Origin: Nymphaea colorata
Lineage: Eukaryota
Direction: 5' to 3'
DNA length: 64,000 nt
NCBI RefSeq assembly: GCF_008831285.2
Contig: NC_045138.2
Coordinates: 18,104,001-18,168,000, forward strand
Both the position numbers and the translations under genes were made by a program. Shown here one piece after another: positions 1-11,473 of this stretch (its first letter is position 1; the number at the start of each line of letters is the position of its first letter). Under the pieces are notes generated by a model, which was not told the origin of the DNA, made no database searches, and worked only from the letters and a program-made list of their open reading frames with translations.

Positions 1-1678
1 TGGTCTTGAATTGGTCATTTATCTTTGGTTTGAGTTGACGGACCCTTTTCTACTCGAACAAAAGAAAACAAGCAAGACAATTAATTATCATAACTGGTGG
101 TGCCAGTTGCAGATGCAGTCATTAAGGTCCAAAATGGTTAAAAGCATTTCTTAAAAGTCACCAACATAATTTTTCTAACTTGACAAACATTTCTTGGTAT
201 TGCAGGACTAATTAACATTTTAGGCCGCCATCAGCTAGAACTGAGAAAGCTTTTAAACACCCTTATACTGTTGTAAGTTGATTAGAAAAACAAAATGCTA
301 AGATCTGAACAAAAAGGTCTCAGAAATTTTGATGTTTCATGGTTAACCCATTCACCCGGCAGCAGACAGCTGAGGATCAGCTACCGATCTGATCCATGCA
401 ATCACAGCCAAGGGCAATCAAATCCATCCCCTTTTTATCTCACTTGATATGGGAAATCGAAATCCAACAATGTTGCATAAAGTCGATACTGGGCAGTGCC
501 TGTCCCCAATTACCTCACTTTGATCATCACCCTTCCGGTGCAAATTCTCAGCACGGAAAAACTCTGTTTGGCGCATTCCCACCCGCTTTCCGGCGAAACT
601 TTTGTCCCTGTTTCTGCTATACTCATACTCCACGGAAAATGGGGTCCTTTCACACCATGACTGCTCCAACCTCATCGGAAAAGAGCCCGACTAAGCTTCA
701 GAAAATAACAAATGAACTGCAACCCCATCGACGATGCAGGCCCATGTGACCAGCAGCTTGCAATAGACTGACAAAGTTGAAAAAAAAATTAACTACAGGG
801 AAGGAATCATTTTCTACTAAAGGGATATTGTATCAAAGTAAGCTGCCATGATGTGGATGGATACGTCTGGTCTTCAATCACCTATCGTCTTCTATATGTA
901 GTCTGGTCACGAGGCAACTCTTATGGTTCCCATGTTCTAAACAATAAGGTTTTTCTCAGTTATTACATAGTAAAGTTTGTTTTTTTCGAAAAATTTTAAC
1001 AAATAAAAAAAAAAGTTTAAAAACTAAAAATAGAATGTAAAAATTATAAACAAAAACATATGGTAAGTAAACATGTAAAAAATGTGAAAAAACGAGAAAA
1101 AAAATGCAAAAAACGAGCCTGGATGTTTTTGTTTTGTATTCCTTTCAGTTATTGACTTCTATTCCTCGATCTTGCAGTTTAATCAGTGAAGTTACTTTCC
1201 TTTTCATTATTAGCCTCTTTAGCTGGCTAACGTTCCGTAAGTAAAACTAGGGGCCGACCAACTTGAGTAGAACTATGAACAAATACTCCAGACCTGCTAT
1301 TTTGAGTTTTTTGTTCTTCTTTCGCCCAACTGAGTTAGAAAAGAGTTGTACTGTATTTAGGCAACTATTCTAATCTAATGGTTACATCTCCTAGTTAGAT
1401 CCTATCTATAGATCCATTAGATTTTTTATTTTTAAACCAAGTATATTCAACTTTTAGTTTTTCAATCAAAAGAGGGGCCTTCTTTCGCAACTTAAAAGGA
1501 GCGCTCTGATATGATAGTTAAGTTTTTGTGGTCGACAGTGATAATGACAAAGCCATATTGCAATATATGAATTGATTGACTATCCTCTTCAGTGTGAAAC
1601 CCAATTAAAAGAAAGAAAAATCCAAACCACACACATCTCTTTCATATCCGCACAGACAATGGAAAGATGGATAAGTAT

Positions 1679-1724
<46 letters not shown>

Positions 1725-1992
1725 GCAATGATTCTAATTTTTCAAAGTTACCAGCTATTTAATTAGGATCATTTATATTTATATGAAGTAGATGAACAGT
1801 TGAGAGAGAGAGAGAAAAAAAAGAAAACATAATATTAGATAATAAAAATACCCATAATTTTTTTCTTCTTGTTTTTCTCTACAGTGCTGACTTGATTAAA
1901 TGACTTTGTGACTTTCAAAAGACAGTGTCATCGTTAAATTTTTATATGTATATATAATATGAAATATCGCACACATTAAATCTAGCATCTAA

Positions 1993-3110
1993 TTAATTCT
2001 TCTTCATTTCAACTGTTGATAGTACCACAGGAGAAACTCGATCTGGCATCTCAAAAATCTTGTTAAGATCGTGGGCGTCAAGGATCAAATAGGCCTTCAA
2101 AAACGCAACCATGATGCCACCAACGAACCTCCTCAAGGCCTCTCTGTTATCCCCACCCGCGCAGACTGTAACAGGGACAGATTCATCCAACATGTCCACA
2201 TGGCCGTAGTCCCTAGCCACGGCGTAGAAGACTGGTGCCACACACTCTTTGAAGAACTCTTCATGGTTGACGCCCTCCGGCGCACAGGCAGGAAGCTCCG
2301 GTTCCCTCTTCACACTGCTGAGGGCTGCGCCCACCACCAAGACCGGCACCTTGGGGTCGAGGGAGTCCGGGACGAAGGTCAGGACTGGTGGGTCGATCTG
2401 GACGCCCGGTGCTGTTCCATCGCTTGGCTCTATGCCCAGCAGCGCCGAGAAGGTCAGCCTGGGCTTGGCGTCTATACCCAGTGAAAGGGCAAAGGATAGT
2501 TTCCCTCCCCAGCTGTGGCCGGCAATGGCTAGCCTGGTGAGGTCCGGCAGCACTTCCTCTGGCAGCTTTGGCTGCAAACCAACTGGTAACCAGTCCACTG
2601 TGGCTGCTACTGACTTGATGTCTTCCATCCAATCAGATCTTAGAATATTGTCCAGCTGCAGGATATATAATCAATCAAATAAACAGAGTATGTGTTTCAT
2701 GGTGTGATTTTTCTCACCGATAAATTGGTGGGTGCAAGACTTGTGAGATCATCTTCAAGATAGATACATGGTTGAAAGAAAATCGATGAGAACATTAACT
2801 AACAACTTTTTCTTCTTTGATTTTCTCTCAGAAAAGATCCATATTGCCCAAGATGATTCGGATTAAAAGGGAAAAGGCAACTGACCTGAGGAGCCACCAC
2901 AGTGAAGCCATGAGAAGCAACATGGTGCAGCAACTGTCTGTACATGGAATTTTGAAGGGAAAAGCCATGCAGGAAGACCAAAGTTGGGTACAGGCCTTCT
3001 TCAGTGGGATGAACAATCAGAAGCGGTTTGGGCGGAGACAGAGGATCCTCACCGGCTACAACGATATCCGCGACCTGGTACTTCCCTTGCACGAATACAT
3101 CAGTAGCCAT
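1993..3110 (-). CDS. CLH: Chlorophyllase-like alpha/beta hydrolase, copy A (exons 3110-2886 and 2655-1993; ~295 aa)
   Basis: Exon 1 MATDVF...PPKPLLI..P.EEG.YP.LVFLHGF...HVASHGFTVVAPQ ends at GT (2885-2884). AG at 2657-2656 precedes LDNIL...GHSWGG...PACAPEGVNH.EFF.EC...YGHVDMLD...RRFVGGIMVAFLKAYL. Phase-0 intron; frame open to the stop. Confidence 0.9.
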
Positions 3111-3230
3111 GCTGTGGACACTTTTCCTGCAAAGTTTTTTCCTGCAAAACTTTATCCACCGATCTATGCAACGCCAGAGAAAACAAAACATCTCGTCGAT
3201 CTGATAAATAACTTTTGGTAGATGGAAGGA

Positions 3231-3248
3231 TTTATAGAGTGGACGCAT
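3231..3248 (-). promoter_or_regulatory. Putative TATA box of CLH copy A with adjacent TGCGTC motif
   Basis: Minus-strand TATAAA ~120 bp upstream of the ATG, preceded by TGCGTC. The same arrangement occurs upstream of copies C (11567) and D (16533). Confidence 0.55.
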
Positions 3249-3273
3249 GTGCTAACATCCCCCTGATGTTGCG

Positions 3274-3529
3274 TATTGCCGAAGATGATTCGGATCAAAA
3301 GGGAAAAGGCAACTGACCTGAGGAGCCACCACAGTGAAGCCGTGAGAAGCAACATGGTGCAGCAACTGACTGTACATGGAATTTTGAAGGGGAAAGCCAT
3401 GCAGGAAGACCAAAGTTGGGTACAGGCCTTCTTCAGTGGGATGAGCAATCAGAAGCGGTTTGGGCGGAGACAGAGGATCCTCACCGTCTACAACGATATC
3501 CGCGACCTGGTACTTCCCTTGCACGAATA
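3274..3529 (-). pseudogene. 5'-truncated duplicate of CLH copy A exon 1 plus intron start
   Basis: Near-identical to 2842-3097 at offset 432 bp. Keeps the APQ|GT donor but lacks the ATG and first codons. Confidence 0.9.
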
Positions 3530-3678
3530 AAGAGTGAAATCAATTTTGGTCCATGATCCATCCAGCTTGCAATTGTACCATAGCCTATGTTTTGTCCGCG
3601 TTGATCCTCATCTGATTCCCCCCACAAAAAAGAAACAAAGAAAATGCATATTTTGTTGACAAAAATACCAAGCAGAGA

Positions 3679-4143
3679 TAGGTCTGCATCAATGAGTTGA
3701 GTTCAGACTCAAAGTCGACGGTAAAAAATGAGTCGAGATCAAGTTTAAATTTGTGCTTCAAATGTTAAGAGAGTTGAGTTCGAGTTGTAAGAACTCGACT
3801 CCTTTAAACTCCGCTTGGCTTGGCTACATAAATGGGTCATGAATGAAAGATTTCCAATAGTTAAGTTTTTCTTTTTTCCTTTTTGGATATTTGGATGTAT
3901 AACATGTGCATTCTTTCTTTGGATTTTCTGTTAGATGGATGTTCATAGTTGAATTAGTTAAAAACACTAGTTAAATGGGTTAAATGAATTCAAAGAAATT
4001 TGAGAAGTTAAATAAACGAGCTAAGTGAATCGAGCTCAAGCTTGATGCTGCATAATAGAGTCAAACTCAAGCTTAGCTGGGCTCGAGTCTTTTGAGTCTG
4101 AGTCGAGCTCGAGCTGGCCCTAGTTGGCGCACGTGCAGCCCTA
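3679..4143. mobile_element. hAT-type MITE
   Basis: Termini TAGGTCTGCA / TGCAGCCCTA; subterminal CGAG/CTCGAG repeats; imperfect 8-bp flanks AGCAGAGA / AGTAGAGG; no ORF. Confidence 0.7.
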
Positions 4144-4443
4144 AGTAGAGGTGTTGCTTAGCTCGTTCTGTTTCTGAAGCCATTTAAAAATTATTATGGA
4201 GCTAAATCTAACTCAAATTACTGTCTCATTTTTTAGGCTTGTAGTCTGATATAAGGTGGTACATTCTGAGCATTCCCCTCATTGCTGTTGGGTTGCTTTT
4301 GGTTTACAAACGGAAGGTTCCTACCCACATCATCTTGACCCGTTTGTTGTTGGATCTGTAGATCTGATCTGGCAAGAGGAAAATGTATCATGCAATTAAA
4401 GAAGGGACCAGTGGCGGAGCCAACGACCACCAACCTCACAAAG

Positions 4444-4487
<44 letters not shown>

Positions 4488-7333
4488 TTATTGAATTAGT
4501 GCTCCATCCAGCTAAAATTTCGGCAGTGGGAGGGACCAGAAAGGATAAATGAGAGATGCAGATCAAAACTCTACTCATGAAACATTGCCAGCTTTTCCAC
4601 GGTTTAGAGGGACCAACATACAGGGCGCCATTAATATTAACTCCCGAGTTTCAGGATGCCTTGCCTGTCAAAATCAACTGGCATTATTTTCAAAGTATCA
4701 TGATACTTTCAGTTTGGTGAATAGGAAAAGAATCTGACCACCACATACGATCGATTTGGATGTAATTCGACAGTTAAAATCGAATAAAAAAGTGTCACTT
4801 TTTCCGAATAATTTTCTGAAAATTTTTCCATATTTTATTGCCAATCTATTGGCCAAAATAATCCCTGAAACTCGAAACAGTTTTTCATTTCAATTTGCAT
4901 AGATTTTTCTGTGCTTCAAATTTTCATGAGCTAAGTATTTCAGAAGGAATTGCCCACATGAACTATAGCATAAATAAAATTAAATAATCAGCTTAAAAAG
5001 ATGTTCTTTAACTTCTGACAGATTACTTTTTTCATTTATACTAATTTAGTTTGCATTAGAAGAGAAATCAGCAATTTGGTTTCACATGTTCTGTGAGATA
5101 TACACTTCCTGTTTTTCTCTATCATATTGAAGTTACTTCATTCGCGGAGTCATGAATTTTTCTTGGTTTGGTCCGTTATCTTTGGTCGCTATTTGTGTCC
5201 ATAGACCTTTTGCTAGTTAAAATAAAGAAAATAAATACAACAAACTGGTCTTCTAGAGCCCAAAGGCCAAGGTCTCCAACTTTTTGAAGGAATCATAGAT
5301 GATAATAAGGATGTAAATGAATCAGACATATTTGATTACTGATCGAATTTCAAACCTATGTAGCCTGATTTGGTAAAGAAGTCCAGATCCAATTACAAAA
5401 CATATTTGTATTCAGTAAGCCATTCATACCAAATTTGCGTTCGAGCATGATATCCGGCTTACTCAAGTCCAATATGAATCCGGTTAAAAAATGGGGTCCT
5501 AATTTGAGTATAACTGTACCGGACTTGAATGAATCAAATTACTTATTTGAGCTCAACAAAGGCTGGATCCAGTCCAAACCTGAAAAGGCATTTAAGAGTC
5601 CATATTATAATTTATAACTAGCAAGACCAGTAATTGCGTAATGAGTGCTTATAATTTTCTTCTCTCATATTGAAGAGGGGTATTTCTTTCTTAAAAAAAC
5701 TTTAGTTAAATTGTTAAAAGTTTGCATCTTCAAGAAAGTTCTCAATGTGCGTAGCCCGTCCAGACGGACTACTGTTATTAGAAGCTATAAATCTTGCCGC
5801 ATATGCCAAAGAAAAACTATTTTTTTGTAATTTCTTCCACTATATTGATGATTTTCCACCAGGCCAAAGTCCTGTGTTTCAAGCTTTACATGTTGCACGT
5901 GCTCAAGTTCAACCATATCGCAACTTCAGCGGATTTCACACACAACTCAATGAGGGCAGATCCAAGGAAGTAGATTTTGACATTTTGTCACTTTTTATGA
6001 AGGAAATAAAGCAAACTTGAAGATAAAGTTTACAACAACATATGATTAATCTTGCTTTTTGTTTTTGTTTGTCTGCCTTTTCTTTTTCCTTCCTTTCATG
6101 TGCATCAATTCAAAATGGATCTGGGGTCCCTATATTTGATAAAGCGAAGTCTCGATCCGTTGTATGATACTGTTGGGAGGAAGTTTGATATTGCAGAAAC
6201 TTGAAAAGTGAAAGCAAAACGACTAAAACAAAACAAAATATGCAGTTTAAGGAGGAAAAAAAAAAAACAAGAACGAAATCCTTGTGTTGATTTTGCCAAG
6301 TTATGTTCAATATCTGATCATGGCTGGAGGCCCTGTTTCACGTGCAAACTACTCTCAAATCTAATTTCTTGATTTTGCCTAAAGCAGAAACCAGAAGAGA
6401 AAATAGTATCTGCTTCTCTCAAGAACTATTCAAGATATCCAGATGGCGACCACCTCCATCACCAAGAAAAATGATCGTTTTTATGTAAATTTCTTTGTAC
6501 TTCTGCACCTGTTTGTTACCATCTTAGTTGGAAGTTCTTTGAGGTTCTTGTTTTCGAGTCTAAGTTTCACAAATCTAACAATATTGACATGATCTCTACC
6601 TTTAAGCAGATATTCGTTCGCCCGGCTGGTGGGTTCAACTTGAGACATTTAGCTTGAAGGAGATTAAGGGAGCAGAGCTTTAAAAGGAAAATCTACCCAT
6701 GAATTCTATTTGGGTGATTTATGAGTTAGTTCCTACAAGGAAATCATCTGCAAGTTATCTATTTTATCAGATGTTTAAAAAAAGTATAATAAAAGGTTTG
6801 GTGCAGTCTGTAGTCCACATATCATGTCTGCAAATTTAGAAAACTATTTCCTAGTTATACTGCTACACCTTGAGTTTCTAAAATAGCAACTTCGAGAATC
6901 TTTGGAGAAGATGCATTGGTTGGCTATTTCAGGTATTATTTCAGGACGTGAATCAATTTAGAGGCATCAGATTGATCAGGGTGCTGCAAGAAGTCGTTCA
7001 TGAGAGATATACATCAATAATAATAGATTCTGCAATGTTTTCACAAAAAGCAGCACATAGTTAAAATTACCAAGGCATCACACTGTTCTGGATAAAGATC
7101 TTGTGTGGTGTAATGAAAGGTGCAAGAAAGAATTCCAAATCCATGTAAAACTTTTACTAGTAATGGTATTAACAACCAAAAGTTTCCTGCAACAATATGA
7201 AGCACAGTATGACTGGAAAGGTTGATATTAACAAGAGTGAAGGAAAATTACCATTGGTACATCATTTACCTTCTAAACTTTTGCATTTAAAACAATCTAC
7301 CCAGTAAGATTGCTGTCTTCTAGATATGATAGA

Positions 7334-8974
7334 CTAAGCCACCAATTCCGCTACGCTTTTCTTAAGCTCAATAGTGAAGTCCACCGGTTTGTTATGAGGC
7401 TTCTCAGTTATCTTCTCCAAAAGTTCATCATCATTTAACAGATAAGCCTTTAGAAATGCCACCATAATTCCTCCTACAAATTTCCTCATGGGCTCTCTTC
7501 TGTCCCCATTTACGCACAAACAATAGGACGCCATACCCCTAAGACCTGGAGTATGATCATCTAACATGTCTGCATGACCATAGTTAGTGGCTACTGTGTA
7601 ACAAAAAGGAGGTACACACTCTTTATAGAAACTTGCATGATTAACCCCATGAGGCGCACAGGAAGGGAGGCCTGGGTACCGGCTCCGGCTGCCGAGGCCG
7701 GAGCCGACGACCAAGATCGGCATCTTGGGGGATAAAGACTGGGGCTCGTGTTTTAGTACTGGCGGGTTTGTCTGCTCTCCTTCGGACTTTCCATCAACTG
7801 GGTCCACACCCAGCAGCGCAGAGAACCTCAGCGAGGTCTTGACCGCGCCTAGGCCCAGTACAAGTGCAAAGGCAACCTTGCCTCCCCGGCTATGCCCTGC
7901 AAGACCAATCCTGTTCAGATCCGGCCGCACATAAGTCGGAAGATAACTTTGTAGGCCAGCTGGGATCCAGTCTGCTACCATGGCTGCATTCTTGATCTCT
8001 TGCATGCAATCAGCTAGAGCAAACGTGTATAGCTACAATGCAAGAACTTGAAATGAGCAAAGAACTTCATTCATAACTCCAATATTTAAAGCTCTTCAAA
8101 TATTAAATCATTGCAACAGATCAAATATTAAAACAAGAATTTGGAACCAATGCCACAAGAGGCTCTGTTCCTTTGGCAAGCAATCTCAGTTTAGAATGTT
8201 CAGGTTGAAAGAGGTCAAGAGATTCACACCAGCTCTATGAGCAGATACCTCTAATTTGAAGGAGGTCAAGAGCACAATTTCAAGTTTATCAAGTTGTTCA
8301 TACACCCTAAAATACGTCTTGTTTCTCTCGCTTTAGGACTGCAAAGTATAAACGAATCAACTGACATAGACAATAAATAGTTCAAATTGATGCCTTTTAT
8401 TTTAAAAGATCAGTGTTCTAAGCACCGGAATCAACCTGTGAACAGGAGCCCTAAAAGTGCAAAAGATGGAGGGTCTTAATTTTTGAAGACAAATTTTCAT
8501 TCTTCGTTGGGAAAGAGATTTAACGGATTGGAGATGGGAATGAGGTGTGAGAGGATCCACTTGCCACCCAAATGCCCATCCGTTCACCATAATCCAAAAC
8601 ATGACAGCAAAAATGCCTAGAGGCTCTTGCGTGCTTTCAAAAGAAGAAGAAGAAGAAGAAGAAGAAGAAGAAGAAGAAGAAAGATGGAAGAACAGGCTGA
8701 CCTGAGGGGCGACGATGATGAAGGCGTGGGAGGCGATATGGGAGAGGAGTTGGGAGTAGAAGGAGTTATAGAGAAGGTAGCCATGAAGGAAAAGGAGAAC
8801 TGGGTACTCCCCTTCCTCTCTTGGGTGAAAAACCAATAGAGGTTTATGTGGTAATGGAGAATGGGTAGAAATGGAGCCTGGCTTGATGTCTAGAACTGCT
8901 ACTCCATGCTTCCCCCGTTCGAAAACTCTATCAGCATCAGCAGCAACAGAAGCAGGGGAAGAAGAAGAAGACAT
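7334..8974 (-). CDS. CLH: Chlorophyllase, canonical-type copy B (exons 8974-8702 and 8032-7334; ~323 aa)
   Basis: FLHGYLLYNSFYSQL..HIASH.FIIVAPQ|LY, GHSRGGK, DPVDG, CAP.GVNH, YGHADMLDD.TPG.RG..SYCLC.NG..REPMRKFVGG; GT-AG intron. Upstream in-frame ATGs (e.g. 9079) make the start uncertain. Confidence 0.93.
8640..8680. repeat. (GAA)n microsatellite in CLH copy B intron
   Basis: Direct reading. Confidence 0.9.
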
Positions 8975-9524
8975 GTCCCTGCCCTTCTCCCGTTCTCTTT
9001 GGTTGCTGTCACAAAGGAACCAGACCTTTTCGGGGCATATGGGTTCCATAAATACCTTATCTGTTTTGTATTTCCTCATCGTCCTGATTTTCTCCCAATT
9101 TCATGAATGCACTCAAATTTCTTTTGATTTTCCTTTCTGTCAGAATTTCTTGCAACAAGAGTTTGGTTAGATGGGCGAACCCACATGCTCATGCTCCAAT
9201 CCTGCAACAAAAGGTTACAGAGGAGTTCTCTTTTATTTGAAAAAAAGAATGTGATAATTTTATATGCTTGTTCAAATTGATAGATGTGCTTATTGGATAA
9301 TGTACTTGCAAAAGAAAAAGAAAAAAAAAAGAGTATTAGATTTGGTGTTTTGCACAACCAACTTGTAAGAGGAATGGAAGAGTTCATCACCGACGAGCAT
9401 CTCAAGCATATTGACCAGCCACAGAGAGAAAAGATGTTTGTGTCAACAACCATGATCACTAATGCAATTATATTCCAACATTATCGAACTCTCATTTTCT
9501 AATAATAGAAGGGATCGCAACAAT

Positions 9525-11473
9525 TCAATTCTCTTTAAGTTCAACATTTGTCAGAACCACCGGCGAAACTTTATCAGGCATCTCAAGAATCTGCTTCAGA
9601 TCATCATTTTCCTTCAACAAATAGGCCTTCGAGAAGGCAACCATGATGCCACCAACGAACCTCCTCATGGGCTCTCTGTCATTCCCACTCTCGCACAGGC
9701 AACGAGCAACCCCCTCCACCAGTTCGTTGTCGTCCAGCATGTCCATATGACCGTAGTTCTTAGCCACGGCATGAAAAGCCGGTGCCATGCAGTCTCTGAA
9801 GAACTCTTCATGGTTGACGCCCTCCGGAGCACAGGCAGGGAGCACAAGGTCCTTCTTTTCAGTGCCGAGGCCTGTGCCGACCACCAAGACGGGCGCCTTG
9901 GGGTCTAGCGAGTCCGGAACGTAGGTCAGCACCGGTGGGTCGACTTGACTACCAGGGGCAGTTCCATCGACCGGGTCTATGGCCAGCAGGGCAGAGAAGG
10001 TCAGCCTGGCCTTGGCTTCTAGGCCCAGTGAAAGGGCAAAGGCTACCTTCCCTCCCCGGCTGTGGCCGGCGAGTGCAAGCCTTGTGAAGTCCGGCTGCAC
10101 CCCCTTTGGTAGTTTGGCCTGCAGTCCTGCTGGTAACCAGTCAACTGTGGCTGCTGCTGACCTGATCTCTTCAGTGCAATCAGGTCCTGCAATTTTGTAG
10201 AGCTACAGGACATTCATTTCAATCATGGTCAGAAAGTAGCAAAGAGGCAACGAGCGCATAAATTAAATCGATACGGTTATGGGGATGCACAGGGGATTTC
10301 AAGGGATCATATTTGAATTGGATATATCTTAACTATATTTGATTTTTTGAATATAGAAAAGTCATATCCAAATCTGAATTTAAATCTGAAATCCGATTTC
10401 ATAATCTGAATCCAAGTTTACATTTATATATGAATTTGAATCCGATTTTTTAACTAAATCTGGTAATTTTCAAAATATAAAAGCATTGGATATAAAATAT
10501 TTATTTAAAAGTAGATCCGATTCAACATCTGAACTAATATTAATGTATATCCATATCCGCATCTCATTCAATGTCATTTTTTAATTTTGAACCTGATCCA
10601 ATTTATTAATTACATAGATACTTTTGCCATGTCTGGTTTTTTTTTTTAGAATGGTCCAGTCAGATATCCAATCCAAAGTAGATATATTTGACATTATGTA
10701 AGAAGCACAGTAAATATGATTTGAAGCAAGCACTTAATTTGAGTTGGCTCAAAGAAATATGTGTGGCCTTCGAGAACTTTGATTATATGACCAAAAGAAA
10801 AGGAATCGAAATGCAAGAACTGATAAGTGCAAGAGATGAAGAGAGTACAAACTAGATTTATTAAAATCTGAAAATCTATCTTATTCTTTTGTGTAAGTTC
10901 TACTATGTAAACCAATGTTATTTTGTATATTTTTTTCATGTAACACTAAATATAATATATAGTTAACAAATTTTCAATTGAACATAAAGCGGTGACCCTA
11001 ATCTCATGGGACTACTCTATATAACTGAACTCGAATTCATCTAAATTTTAATAGTAAATTAATGTTTCCAAGAGTGGATTCCATGAAACATATGCGTCAC
11101 ACACAACCTCCACCTACTCTGCCGCCTAGCCTTTAAAACTTTTGAAAAATACAATAAATCTCTTGTAAAAATTTTGAAAAATAGTAAAGCGTGAGTAGTT
11201 CGACTCATCCTTCACCTGAAGGAGAGGATGACCAACCTGTGGTGCCACCACGATGAAGCCGTGAGAAGCGACATGATAAAGCACTTTCTCGTAGAAATGA
11301 TTTTGAAGGAGAAAGCCATGAAGGAAAACCATCGTTGGGTATCGGCCTTCTTCACACGGATAAGCAATCAGAAGTGGCTTGGGAGGAGACACAAGGACCG
11401 AATTGGCCGCTTCGATCTCCTTCGTCCCAACCTTGTGTTTCCCTAGCAAAAACACGCCACCAAGCCCAGCCAT
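9525..11473 (-). CDS. CLH: Chlorophyllase-like copy C (exons 11473-11237 and 10202-9525; ~304 aa)
   Basis: MAGLGGVF...PPKPLLIAYP.EEG.YP..VFLHGF...VAPQ|LYKIAGPD..EEI...GHSRGG...DPVDG...YGHMDMLD; GT-AG intron; frame intact. Confidence 0.92.
10300..10695. mobile_element. MITE-like remnant (GGATAT/ATCCGA-rich) in CLH copy C intron
   Basis: AT-rich non-coding segment with repeated ATCCGA/ATATCC motifs. Related segments at ~5305-5590, ~24470-24570 and 63868-64000. Confidence 0.45.

Noticed and set aside
396..749. 117-aa and 85-aa overlapping ORFs
   Set aside because: No recognisable motif or gene structure.
2071..2707. Plus-strand ORFs of 137 and 152 aa, and similar ones over other CLH exons
   Set aside because: Antisense shadows of GC-rich chlorophyllase exons.
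6320..6560. Possible LINE ORF2 C-terminal remnant (AIW...ER..Y.F, minus strand)
   Set aside because: Similarity too weak to call by eye.
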